Source: Candidatus Latescibacterota bacterium (GTDB lineage: Bacteria > Latescibacterota > UBA2968 > UBA8231). Taken from it: 64,000 nucleotides of DNA. The notes beneath the pieces were generated by a model. It saw only the letters and a list, made by a program, of their open reading frames with translations, had not been told where the DNA came from and did not search any database. Shown piece by piece: positions 21,981 to 31,258 of the stretch (position 1 is its first letter; each line of letters opens with the position of its first letter). Position numbers and translations under genes: made by a program. The stretch covers positions 544,001 through 608,000 of the forward strand of contig OZ244561.1 in assembly GCA_965217585.1 (NCBI GenBank), read 5' to 3'.

Positions 21981-22664
21981 ATGGCTTCCAATATCGCCAA
22001 GGTAGACAAGCGATTCTTGTGCCCTGGGCCGCTGCCAAATGGCATCCAAGCTGCCCCCGACGGCCTGTGGGTCATCGACCAAGCCGATAACAAAGTGTAC
22101 AAGTTGGATTATGGAACCGGCGAGACCTTGTTCGCAGCCCAGACCGATACGGTCCACTCCAGCGGCATTACCGTGGGAGATGGGTATCTGTGGATCGCCT
22201 CTACCTATGAACTCAAAATTGCCAAACTAGAACTGGCAACGGGCCGCACCATCGCCAAATACGACTCGCCCGGGGCCGGCATCACAGCGCCTCGGGAGGG
22301 TACCGCAGACGCACGTACCACCGGCTCCCACGGCTTAGAATGGAAAGACGGCAAGCTATACGTGGCCACGCCACCTTCTCAGATGGTCCACGTTATGAAC
22401 CCCGACACTTGGGGAGAAGAACACCAATTTCGCACCCCCGGTCTTCGCAATCACGGCCTCGCTTGGGGGCCGGATGACAGGCTGTGGGTGGCCGACACCT
22501 CGGCCGGCACCGTCAGTCTGCTCGACACCAAGGATGGGCGGGTCTATGACGTCATTCGGGTGGCCGCCCCCGATGAGGTACACGGATTGACCGCGCACCA
22601 AGGCGTCTTGTGGTACTGCGACGCCAACACCCGCGACATTGGCACTCTCGCGTTGGAGGACTGA
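21981..22664 (+). CDS. Beta-propeller protein (NHL/Vgb/glutaminyl cyclase-like)
   Basis: Repeated (P/S/H)G(I/L)x(W)xxxxLW(V/I) blades; AAGGAG RBS. Confidence 0.7.
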   Translation: MASNIAKVDKRFLCPGPLPNGIQAAPDGLWVIDQADNKVYKLDYGTGETLFAAQTDTVHSSGITVGDGYLWIASTYELKIAKLELATGRTIAKYDSPGAGITAPREGTADARTTGSHGLEWKDGKLYVATPPSQMVHVMNPDTWGEEHQFRTPGLRNHGLAWGPDDRLWVADTSAGTVSLLDTKDGRVYDVIRVAAPDEVHGLTAHQGVLWYCDANTRDIGTLALED

Positions 22665-22729
22665 GTTTGCGGCATCGGGGCTGACGTCTGAACCTGATAG
22701 GGAATTCGATAAGGGGTTTAGTCCAACCT

Positions 22730-24316
22730 TCACCGGACCAGCATCAACCGGTGCGTCCGCGTTTCCCCGCCGGCCTTCAACACGGCCCAATACGCCCCGC
22801 TGGCCGCGCGCTCACCGCTCCAGTGCGCCAAGTGCTTCCCGGCCGCGAGCCGCTCCGCCACCAAAAGGGCCAGACGCTGGCCCAAGGCATTGTATATCGC
22901 CAACTCGACGTCCGCTTCCCTTGCCAAGCGAAAGGGCAGGTTCACCGCGCTGTTGGCCGGGTTTGGATAAGCCGGTGCCAAGTCGCTGGCCCCGGCCCGC
23001 TCCTCTGCCTGCATGGCTACGACTGTAGGCGTAACATACCGGGCCGCGAGGGCAAAATCTCCGCCCGTCGGCGAGGCTCTGCCGACAATGACTGCCACGC
23101 TATCTATCGCCGCGGCCTGCACCTGCCCTGTGTTGTCCGCGCTAAGTTCCATCGCTATCAGCTCGCCGCGCTGGCCATGCATGGCGTACACCCACACGGC
23201 ATAGCGCCCCTCGGCCGCGCCGGCGAAATCAACGGCTACATCGCCCTCCGAGCGAATAACCACATTGGCCGCGCCCCATTGGTTGCCAACCTCGCCGGCC
23301 AGTTCCGCGAAAGGCACCTCGGGCGCGGCAACCGCAGCGGCGCGGCGGCCGCGCAGAGCCTCGTACCCAGTCGCATAGTTGGCCGCGATCCACAAGCGCC
23401 ACGCACCCGCGTAGTCCTCGACCCAGTTTTGGTTTTTGAAGGCGTCGTCAATGCCCAGAATGCCGTTGCGCGGCTCAGCGACGATTTGGCGAATCAGCCC
23501 CGGACCATAGCGCTCGGCCAAAAACGAGGCGAACAGATAGGTTTTGCCGTAGCTCGCCGAATTGAACACCCAGAGCGTTAGATCGCGGCTCGGATCGGCG
23601 AGAAAATCCGGCACCATGTTCGGATCGGCCTCGGGAAAACCCACCAGTTCCTCGGCGTACCCAGAAAGCCCTTCGTCGATCCATCTCTCCTCGTCGGAAT
23701 CGCGGCCCCAATGGATTAGATGCTGGAATTCGTGCGCTAAGGTTGCGTGGGCGAGATAGGCGCTGAAGGCCACCTTGCTCGCGTCGAGGTAAATCGTATC
23801 GCGCCGCAATTCGGGTTGCGCCCGCTCGTACAGTTCATCGTCGAAATAGCCGATCACGCGCTCGTCGGGAATGTCCAAAACCAGGATAAAGATGCGGGGA
23901 TCGCCGTCCTCATCGGCAGGCTCGCCAAAGGCATCGACCGCTATTTCAAATATCCCGCGCTCGGGATCGGCCGGGGTCGCCGCGTCAAAAAGCGCGCCCA
24001 GCTTATCCACATCTGGCTGGGCTGCGATAATGTCCCACTGGCTTTCCTCGACGAAGATATAGCAGTGCGTCCCCTTGTAGCGACAGGTAGCCAACTTGAG
24101 CACGGGTTCAAGCGGTGCGTAAAAGGCGAGCTGAGTCCCCACTTCAATGGGGCCTAGCTCTTGACTTGCGCCGACTGCCTTGGCGGCTGGCGAGGGGAAA
24201 GAAGCGCGGTGCTGTTCGAGCCAGCGCGTCCCGCATATCCGCTCTTCGGCTGCGGCCGCCAGCGGCAGCGAGAGCATCCACGCGGCTAAGGCAACCCGCG
24301 GAAAAAAGCAGGCCAT
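22730..24316 (-). CDS. Secreted zinc metallopeptidase (M30-like) with T9SS-type/FlgD C-terminal domain
   Basis: Signal peptide, CGT propeptide-like motif, HEFQHLIH...WIDEGLS, C-terminal AYPNPAN...IYNALGQ...SGAY. Confidence 0.82.
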   Translation of the reverse strand: MACFFPRVALAAWMLSLPLAAAAEERICGTRWLEQHRASFPSPAAKAVGASQELGPIEVGTQLAFYAPLEPVLKLATCRYKGTHCYIFVEESQWDIIAAQPDVDKLGALFDAATPADPERGIFEIAVDAFGEPADEDGDPRIFILVLDIPDERVIGYFDDELYERAQPELRRDTIYLDASKVAFSAYLAHATLAHEFQHLIHWGRDSDEERWIDEGLSGYAEELVGFPEADPNMVPDFLADPSRDLTLWVFNSASYGKTYLFASFLAERYGPGLIRQIVAEPRNGILGIDDAFKNQNWVEDYAGAWRLWIAANYATGYEALRGRRAAAVAAPEVPFAELAGEVGNQWGAANVVIRSEGDVAVDFAGAAEGRYAVWVYAMHGQRGELIAMELSADNTGQVQAAAIDSVAVIVGRASPTGGDFALAARYVTPTVVAMQAEERAGASDLAPAYPNPANSAVNLPFRLAREADVELAIYNALGQRLALLVAERLAAGKHLAHWSGERAASGAYWAVLKAGGETRTHRLMLVR

Positions 24317-24921
24317 CAGTAGAAATGCCGCACCAAGAAGAAAGACGCTCCCGCAGGCCCCACCGCCACCTTGGGCGCGAAGCCAGTCTGCGCTTGATCC
24401 GCGCCGGCCACCCGTGCCGCATGGATGGCAGCCACGAGGTGATTAGCGACTACCAATCCCGTCATATAGAGCGCCTGCCGCTGCGCGTGCTGGCTCGCAT
24501 TGCGCAACTCTCGATAGCGCTGGCGCGACTCGTCGCGATCCCATTCCCAGAAGAAGTCCGCGGCCACAGGATAGAGCGCAGCCTCCGGGCCGTCCTTGTA
24601 GCGGGCGAACTGGTTGTGCTCCAGCCGACTCGCATAAAATCCCAAGTCGTCGAAATAGGCGCGCCCCTTGCCCTCGGGCCGCGCACCTGCGCGTTCCGCC
24701 GCATACGCCTGGTACCGATCGCGGCGCACCTGACCCAGCCACTCAAAACCCCAATAGCCGCCCCAAAGCGCCAACTCAGCGGCCAAAAAGCTACCGCCGC
24801 CGCCTCGGGCGTACTTCTGCCCCCAACCGGGCACTAGCAAGGAGCGCCAAAACGCTCCTTGGGACTTCCCGGCCTCAGCCACGCCGGGCAGCAACAAAAC
24901 CAACGCAATCCATCGCCACAT
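24316..24921 (-). CDS. Hypothetical exported/membrane protein (DUF5683-like)
   Basis: Signal peptide, RSLLVPGWGQKY, NHLVAAIHAAR; paralog of the next gene. Confidence 0.65.
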   Translation of the reverse strand: MWRWIALVLLLPGVAEAGKSQGAFWRSLLVPGWGQKYARGGGGSFLAAELALWGGYWGFEWLGQVRRDRYQAYAAERAGARPEGKGRAYFDDLGFYASRLEHNQFARYKDGPEAALYPVAADFFWEWDRDESRQRYRELRNASQHAQRQALYMTGLVVANHLVAAIHAARVAGADQAQTGFAPKVAVGPAGASFFLVRHFY

Positions 24922-24925
24922 CAGC

Positions 24926-25867
24926 TCAATCCAACGGTTTGTACGCCACGAACATGGGTACGCGCGCCCGCACCCAAGGCTGCATGACTAACGCGAAGCG
25001 CGTCCGCCGCCGCAGGGCCGCTTCGTCGGCACCCGCAGCGCGCGCCCGCGCCACCCGCGCCGCGTCAATGGCGCTGATAACGTGGTTGATCAGGATGACC
25101 CCGCTTACCGTGGAGGCTCGCTTGAGAAAGCGATTGCTCTCGTCGCGGTCGTCTTCGTAGCGGAGCCGCCGCTCGGAATGGAAATTTTCGACCGAATCGA
25201 CTTCGGTCGGCACAGCGGCATTGCCAGTACTGCCACCGCGCCTCAGATCATCCCAACCGGCGACAAATTGGTCGTATTTGCCAATCAACTCGTAGTATTG
25301 CTGAATCTGGCTCGGCGCGCACCCGCCAAAAACCTCACTCCTATCTAGCGCACTCAGTTTTTCCCCCGCCTGTAGTTTCCCTTCTCTTCTCGCCTCAACA
25401 ATGTACCCGTGGACCTCGCTACTACAAGGCAGCGCGTGCGTGATTGACGAATTGTTCGAGATCGTCGATTCACGCCAAAGAATGTAGTCTTCCGGATCCC
25501 AGTGCTCGTCGGCTACTGCCCGGAACTCTTCCACTACATCGTTGCCCTTGCCCTTCCAAGCCGCCCACATGCCTACCAGCGCGGCTTCGGCCCCGAAAAA
25601 AGCTAACGCCCGCTTCTTCGACCCCGCATACCACTCGCCCAACCCCGGCACCAGCGCGGAAAGCAAAAACGCCCGCTTGGACGACTTGCCCTTGCGCGTC
25701 TCTGTGCGCGGCATCGGTGCCGGCTCAGGATCAGCATCGCCTTCCACCGCCCGCAATCCCACCAAAAACGCCTGTCCCTCCTCGCTCAAAATACTCGGCA
25801 ATCCCTCGGCCCGGACGCTAGCGGCAGTTAACACGGCAACCACCAGCGCGATTCCTGTTCTCGTCAT
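24926..25867 (-). CDS. Hypothetical exported/membrane protein (DUF5683-like)
   Basis: Signal peptide, LSALVPGLGEWY, QQYYELIGKYDQFVAGWDD, NHVISAIDAAR; AAGGAG RBS; TATAAT at 25918-25913. Confidence 0.7.
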   Translation of the reverse strand: MTRTGIALVVAVLTAASVRAEGLPSILSEEGQAFLVGLRAVEGDADPEPAPMPRTETRKGKSSKRAFLLSALVPGLGEWYAGSKKRALAFFGAEAALVGMWAAWKGKGNDVVEEFRAVADEHWDPEDYILWRESTISNNSSITHALPCSSEVHGYIVEARREGKLQAGEKLSALDRSEVFGGCAPSQIQQYYELIGKYDQFVAGWDDLRRGGSTGNAAVPTEVDSVENFHSERRLRYEDDRDESNRFLKRASTVSGVILINHVISAIDAARVARARAAGADEAALRRRTRFALVMQPWVRARVPMFVAYKPLD

Positions 25868-25920
25868 GTTTGCTCCTTTCCATTGCGGCAGTACCCCAAA
25901 GCGCGACCGGCTATTATACC

Positions 25921-26127
25921 CTAATCGCCTTCACATTCGAGATGATTTCTCAACACATTCTTGACGTAGGTCGTCGTCTCTTCTCCCACTTTTCCTGCTG
26001 TCTCTTTCAATTGGTCATACTCGGTCACTTCCTCACCTACCCAGAGAACATCCAGCCTGCGAATCTCTCGCATTGCTACATGACTATAGGATTCTGGAAA
26101 CGCCCAATAGCATGACCGGCAGTTGCT
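25921..26127 (-). pseudogene. C-terminal remnant of a probable HNH-type restriction endonuclease
   Basis: Manual translation: ...NCRSCYWAFPESYSHVAMREIRRLDVLWVGEEVTEYDQLKETAGKVGEETTTYVKNVLRNHLECEGD*; no plausible full-length start (in-frame stop at 26164-66); overlaps the MTase tail. Confidence 0.6.
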
Positions 26128-27044
26128 GATTCCAAAGCGAGCTCCTGCTGAATTTGCGGTATTCTATCACGTCTCTGCCCATCGTTCAAACGCTCCACCA
26201 AAGCCGGCGAAAGATACAGAGATTCGACGGTCTCGCTCTTGTCACCCAGGAGCGTGGCTTGGCTTGAGCGTCCGGCGCTAATGTGCAAATGAGTGAGGGA
26301 AAGCGAGCGGGGAAGCGGCTTGCCGTGACTTTTTTCGCCGGTTTTCCCGTCGTAGCTCGCCATGTAAGAAAGCCCCCGGTCGTTCATGGCTTGGAGCGCG
26401 TCTGCGAACTCGGCATAGCTCAGCCCGCTGCAATACCTGTGATCTCTCGTAAAGGACGTGCCCTGATAGGGTGGGTCCATGTAAATGAGGTCCTCTTTCG
26501 CGGCCTCCGCGACCACTGCGCGAAAATCGACTGCGGAAAGCGTGGTTTTTCCGACGAGCAGTGCGTGAACGCCGAGTATCTGGCGCTGCATAAGTATGGG
26601 ACGCATGCCCGACCGTCGGTTGTCCGCGCTTTGATTGAACAGGCCCTCGGCACTGTACCGCACCGAGCCTTTTACTATGCGCGCCAGCAGATAGAGCAAA
26701 TGATGAGGCCGATGTGCAGCATTGAACTTATCGCGGATGCCGAGGAAGAAGGTCTTTTTATCCGGGTGCTGTTCCGTCCACAGCCGCTCGTAGTTTTTGC
26801 TAAGCTCATTTGGCCGCTGCAAAATTTCTTCCCATAGCGCCATCAACGGTTCGTTCAAATCATTGAGCCAAAATCGCTTTGCGAGCCCGTGTGCGGCCGC
26901 GGCAAGAGAAATGGCACCAGACCCGCAAAAAGGCTCAATGAGGCAATCGACATCGCGCGGAAAATGCGTGAGGATATGCCGTGCAATGCCGCGCTTACTA
27001 CCCTGATAAGGAAATGGATGCGGAATTGCCATGTGCTGCAACAT
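26076..27044 (-). CDS. N6-adenine DNA methyltransferase (D12/Dam class)
   Basis: PYQGSKR, EPFCGSGA (motif I), DPPY (motif IV); lower GC than flanks. Confidence 0.9.
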   Translation of the reverse strand: MLQHMAIPHPFPYQGSKRGIARHILTHFPRDVDCLIEPFCGSGAISLAAAAHGLAKRFWLNDLNEPLMALWEEILQRPNELSKNYERLWTEQHPDKKTFFLGIRDKFNAAHRPHHLLYLLARIVKGSVRYSAEGLFNQSADNRRSGMRPILMQRQILGVHALLVGKTTLSAVDFRAVVAEAAKEDLIYMDPPYQGTSFTRDHRYCSGLSYAEFADALQAMNDRGLSYMASYDGKTGEKSHGKPLPRSLSLTHLHISAGRSSQATLLGDKSETVESLYLSPALVERLNDGQRRDRIPQIQQELALESATAGHAIGRFQNPIVM

Positions 27045-27046
27045 CT

Positions 27047-27966
27047 CTACTGCCTCTGCATCACGACAATGCGATTCGAATTCGTTCCGCGCTCGTTGTT
27101 GTCAACGCCCCACATATTCGAGGTCTTGGTAAACGTCTGTTCGTTGATTACGATGCAGACCGGTTTCCATGCCGTCTCTTGCGCAACCTCGGCGACTACG
27201 CGATCGAGCAACAGCGATCCCCGCCGGATTTCGCCCACCTCAAATGCAAACACCCCGCCAGGGCGCGCAATCGCGGCTACGCTTTCCAACACGCCGTGCA
27301 CCAGCGCCTTCCATTCTGCGAGCTTGCGAGTCTGCGTGATGCGAATTGCATCGGGATCGACGCCGACGAACCAACAGCGCATCCAGTTGTCCTTTTTGTA
27401 GTTCACGATGTCCATGAAGGGCGGCGAGGTCGCCGCGAGCGCCACCCGAGGACCGTCGTATTCAAAGGGCGCATCGACCGCTTGTTGAAAAAACCTCGGC
27501 TGCGCCCCTTGGGTGCCTGCGCCTCCGCATCCCGCAAAAGCGCACGCGTCTTGCGCAGGATCAACTGCGCGACATCGCGGTACTCGGGCCGCTGGCCGCG
27601 CCGCGCGGCGACCTCGGACAGGGTCGGCGGATCCAACCGCGCTTCCACAAGAACGCGGGACAGGGGATTGACGTCGTTGCCTAGCGCGTCCCGTCCGAGC
27701 AAGACCGCTTCGAGCAACGTCGTCCCGCGCCCCATAAACGGGTCGAACACCACGTCGCCGGGGTCCGTCAGCCGCTCGATGAAAAAGCGCGGCAACTGCG
27801 GCTTAAAACACGCCCGATAGGAAACCTCGTGCAGCGAGTGCGCGGCGCGTTGCTTGGACGTCCAGAACTCATTGGCGAATACGGGAATGCCGTCGCGTTC
27901 TGCAACGACTGTCTCCTTGCCGTAGCGCCGCCATTGTTCAAGCTCGCGTCTGAACTCGTCGAGCAC
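27047..27966 (-). pseudogene. Frameshifted, probably internally deleted amino-DNA methyltransferase
   Basis: DPFMGRGTT (motif I) in ORF 27403-28014 and TSPPF (motif IV) in ORF 27047-27445 are in different frames; adding one base at the A6 run (27488-27493) joins them. Confidence 0.75.
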
Positions 27967-28040
27967 CAGACATCCCTTACCAATAAAAGGAACCTGGCGT
28001 TGCACTTGTTGCAATATACACCCCTAACGATCTGCGTCCC

Positions 28041-31000
28041 CTACAAATACCCGAACAACACCGTAAAATACGACTTCCACCGCCCCTTATATTCTACCTC
28101 GTCAATCCCATACGCCACATCCACCTGCACCCGCGTCGGCACGCTGTAATAAGAAATCAAGTCAAAGCGCAACTGCCCCCCCACATCCCGCAGCGGGCCG
28201 TCGCGGCCATACCGTTCGTTCCACTCGCCTATATTCTGATCCCAAGCCTTGCCCATACTGGTGTACACCGCGCCATAGACTTTGTCGAAATATAGCTGCG
28301 CAACGCGTTTGCCCATATCCGGCAGCAGGGGAAAGCGCAGCGTCGCCGTGCCCATCAGGGCCTTGCGCCCCTCGATGCTGTAAAAAGTATAGCCCTTCAT
28401 AAAGTTGAGGCCGCCGAGGCGGTAGTCGAAGAAATCGCCGACCCGCGACGTGTCGTTCACTGCGTCGCTGTCGATCCAGCCGCCGTACAGCCGCAGGCCC
28501 AAGCGGGTATTGGCGGGCATGGCCATGTATTCCTTCCAATCGACGGTAAACTGATTGTAAAAGAGCTTGATGTAATTCTCGTCGATAAAAGACGCCTGCT
28601 CGTTAAAGCCGTCGATAAAATAGTTGAACATCCGGTCGTAGCGCGCGTAGAGCTGGCGGCCCACAGGGCTTATATCGCGGTCCCGCCGCCGCGCAATCAG
28701 CTCCATCCGATAGGTCAACCCCAAGCCAAAGCCGTTGAGATAGGTATAGCCAAAAGGCCGCTGGGCGGTGCGCTCGAAACCGACCTGTCCGTCGCCTTTG
28801 CAGACGAGGCAGTCGCTCTCGACGCTGGCGTCGTAGCGGTCGTACGTGGCCGAGGCCGTCAGCTCCCCATGGCGACCCAATTTGCCGCGCACCCCTGCGC
28901 TGAGCTGGCTCAAGCTATAGTTGACGGCGTTGACAATGATCGTCCGCGCTTCCGAGCTATCGCCGCGAGCCGAGTGCCGGCGCTGGTTGAATACCTGTAA
29001 AAAGAAAGTGGGGCGGAATCCCTTGAACTCGTATATGGCGAATAGATCGCGGTCGGCGTTGGTCGGCGCAATGGCACCCCCGACGAATACGCTCTGGCGG
29101 TTGAGCACATCGCCGGCACCGAGGTACGCGCCCGCCTTGAACTGCCCCTCGTCCATGAACAGCCTCGGCAGAATCCCAGTCTTGAGGAAGTCGATGCCAT
29201 ACGCTTGGGGCTCGCCCGGCAACGCGGGTGCCGACGTGCCACGCCAATCCAGCGGCATGTCTTGGGAAAACCACGCCTCTTCAGCCGCAACCAGCGTCCC
29301 CTCGTCCTGCAACTGGCGAATCTCAAAGCCAGCCGCCGTATAAGCCGTAAAGACGAGCTCGCCCTCCGAGCCGACCGATGGGCTAAATGCGCCGCCGATA
29401 GTATTAGTTATCTGCCGCAGCGCGAGCGTTTCCAAATTGAGGGCATAAATATTGAAAATGCCGCTGAAATCCGAGGCAAAGACGATCTCCGTGCCGTCCG
29501 CGCTCCACGCTGGGTCCCGGTCCGTGCCGGGTGTGGCAATGGCGAGGTCGAATGCCCCTTCGGCCAGCAGGGGTGTTGCGGCAGCAGCGTCCGCGTCCAG
29601 TTGCACCACGGCGAGGTCGCGCTGTCCCTCGCGCGAGATTGCAAACGCCAGCTTGCGTCCGTCGGGCGAAAAGCGCGGCGTGTAGAGCTGGGTGCCGTCC
29701 GCGAAGTGGGTTAGATAGCGCAGTCCCGTGCCGTCGGCCCGCATCATCGCCAAGTTGTTGCTGGTGTCCTTGTTTTGCACGAAGACGATCCACTCGCCAT
29801 CGGGCGAATAGGTCGGATACAACGCACGCAGCCCGCGGGTCAGCCGCTTGACGCGCGGCGTCTCCGGCGCCGTGCCGCTAACCATGGCCGGCACCAACCA
29901 CAGCATATTGCGCCAAAAACTAGGGCCAGCGGCAGCGGAATTCCACTCGTAGATATCTGCCTGCCGCGAACCGTATTTGTCCGCTCGGTCAATGCGCGAA
30001 AAGAGCAGCCTGCTCCCGTCCGGCGACCAATCCACGGTCGAAGCCGCCGCTGGGAACGCTGCGACTTCCTCTTCGCCGGTAGCGAGGTCGCGGACGATCA
30101 AACCGTGTGGGTAGTGGTGCCGCTTGCGCGTCGATAGATACGCCAATTGCTCGCCATTGGGCGCGAGCCGCGGCCGCAGATTGGAAAAGCCGACATCCAC
30201 GATCCGCTCGCCCTCGCGTAGCGGCCCCAACGCCGCTACCTGCGCCTGATAGCCCTGCCGCAGGGACTCGATCCACTCGCCGTATAGCTCGTCCGCGCTC
30301 TTGCCCAAGACCTTTTTGCACGCCCCGTCAATGGCGAGGGTATGCCATTGCGACGCGGCCCGGTACAGCGCGGCGATTTTTTCTTCGCCGTATGTCTCGG
30401 CGATGTAGCGCACCAAGCCAAAACCGTGGTCGTACACGTATTCGTTGCCAAAGCCCTGCTTGCCAAAGACGCCCATCTGGTCGAAGGATAGCTGCTCGTC
30501 CGCCAGCACCAAGGAGCGGAGCACCATGTCGCGGTTGGCATCCCAGCGGTCGTGCCCCGTAGTCGCAGTCCCGTACTGGGCCGCGCCCTCGGCCAGCCAC
30601 ATCGGCACCACCGTGCCCATCACCGGATAGGAAGCAATGACGTCTGGATAGCCGATGAGAATATCCGGCCGGTTTTTCTCCCGCTGGTAGCCAAAGTACT
30701 GCAAGTAGAGCGCGGGGACGCGCTGCACGCCTTTGCGCGCCGCCCCTAGCGAAACGATGTGGGCAAATTCGTGGGTTATTACGTTGCGCAGCCAGTCTGA
30801 ACTACCGCGCAAGTCGAAGTCGTGGTCGAGCGACGTGGCCCAAATCTCAATGGTGTCTTGATAGAAAAAAGCCGCGCCATTGGCGTAGTCGTCGTGGTCC
30901 TTGAGCACAATCCGCACGCGCCCGTCGGGCGCGTACCCATATAGCTCGGTAATGGACGCGTACGCGGCTTCGGCAATGCGCGCCGCCCGCGCCGCCGCCC

Positions 31001-31157
31001 CGGCCAGTCCCTCGTGGTAGAAAATGCGGAAGTGCTCGGTCTCCACCACCTGCCACGCGAGTTCCGGGTGGTTTTGGGCAAAGGACGCGCTCGTCCAGCC
31101 GAGTACTAGACAAAATACGCACAGGCCAGCCAGCAGCAGGGTCGTCAGTTTCCCCAT
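28041..31157 (-). CDS. Outer-membrane protein: zincin domain + TolB-like (PD40) beta-propeller + Omp85/BamA-like barrel
   Basis: Signal peptide, HEFAH...WLAEG, multiple P.WSPDG repeats, C-terminal LGG...KGY loop and aromatic-rich end (YFTVLFGYL). Confidence 0.78.
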   Translation of the reverse strand: MGKLTTLLLAGLCVFCLVLGWTSASFAQNHPELAWQVVETEHFRIFYHEGLAGAAARAARIAEAAYASITELYGYAPDGRVRIVLKDHDDYANGAAFFYQDTIEIWATSLDHDFDLRGSSDWLRNVITHEFAHIVSLGAARKGVQRVPALYLQYFGYQREKNRPDILIGYPDVIASYPVMGTVVPMWLAEGAAQYGTATTGHDRWDANRDMVLRSLVLADEQLSFDQMGVFGKQGFGNEYVYDHGFGLVRYIAETYGEEKIAALYRAASQWHTLAIDGACKKVLGKSADELYGEWIESLRQGYQAQVAALGPLREGERIVDVGFSNLRPRLAPNGEQLAYLSTRKRHHYPHGLIVRDLATGEEEVAAFPAAASTVDWSPDGSRLLFSRIDRADKYGSRQADIYEWNSAAAGPSFWRNMLWLVPAMVSGTAPETPRVKRLTRGLRALYPTYSPDGEWIVFVQNKDTSNNLAMMRADGTGLRYLTHFADGTQLYTPRFSPDGRKLAFAISREGQRDLAVVQLDADAAAATPLLAEGAFDLAIATPGTDRDPAWSADGTEIVFASDFSGIFNIYALNLETLALRQITNTIGGAFSPSVGSEGELVFTAYTAAGFEIRQLQDEGTLVAAEEAWFSQDMPLDWRGTSAPALPGEPQAYGIDFLKTGILPRLFMDEGQFKAGAYLGAGDVLNRQSVFVGGAIAPTNADRDLFAIYEFKGFRPTFFLQVFNQRRHSARGDSSEARTIIVNAVNYSLSQLSAGVRGKLGRHGELTASATYDRYDASVESDCLVCKGDGQVGFERTAQRPFGYTYLNGFGLGLTYRMELIARRRDRDISPVGRQLYARYDRMFNYFIDGFNEQASFIDENYIKLFYNQFTVDWKEYMAMPANTRLGLRLYGGWIDSDAVNDTSRVGDFFDYRLGGLNFMKGYTFYSIEGRKALMGTATLRFPLLPDMGKRVAQLYFDKVYGAVYTSMGKAWDQNIGEWNERYGRDGPLRDVGGQLRFDLISYYSVPTRVQVDVAYGIDEVEYKGRWKSYFTVLFGYL

Positions 31158-31237
31158 AGAAGAGTTCTCCTCAGCTCGTAATACAATGATGCCTCTAGTA
31201 CTAAGGCGATCTCACTGCTGCAAAGGCACTCCTCTCG
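31119..31237 (-). repeat. Copy B of duplicated leader + signal-peptide segment
   Basis: Near-identical to 35079-35208 (GAGAGGAGTGCCTTTG.AGCAGTGAGATCGCCTTA...GAGGCATCATT...AGCTGAGGAG...ATG.GGAAACTGACGACCCTGCTGCT). Confidence 0.9.
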
Positions 31238-31258
31238 ACCAGACAAAACGCCAACCCC

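Noticed and set aside
28000-28014. TTGCA-N5-TGCAA as a second LexA box
   Set aside because: Only the GTGCA half-site matches, and the spacing differs from the lexA site.
31158-31237. Duplicated leader as a known riboswitch (c-di-AMP, c-di-GMP, fluoride, SAM, TPP)
   Set aside because: I could not match the consensus elements by eye; kept only as an unknown candidate pending an Rfam scan.
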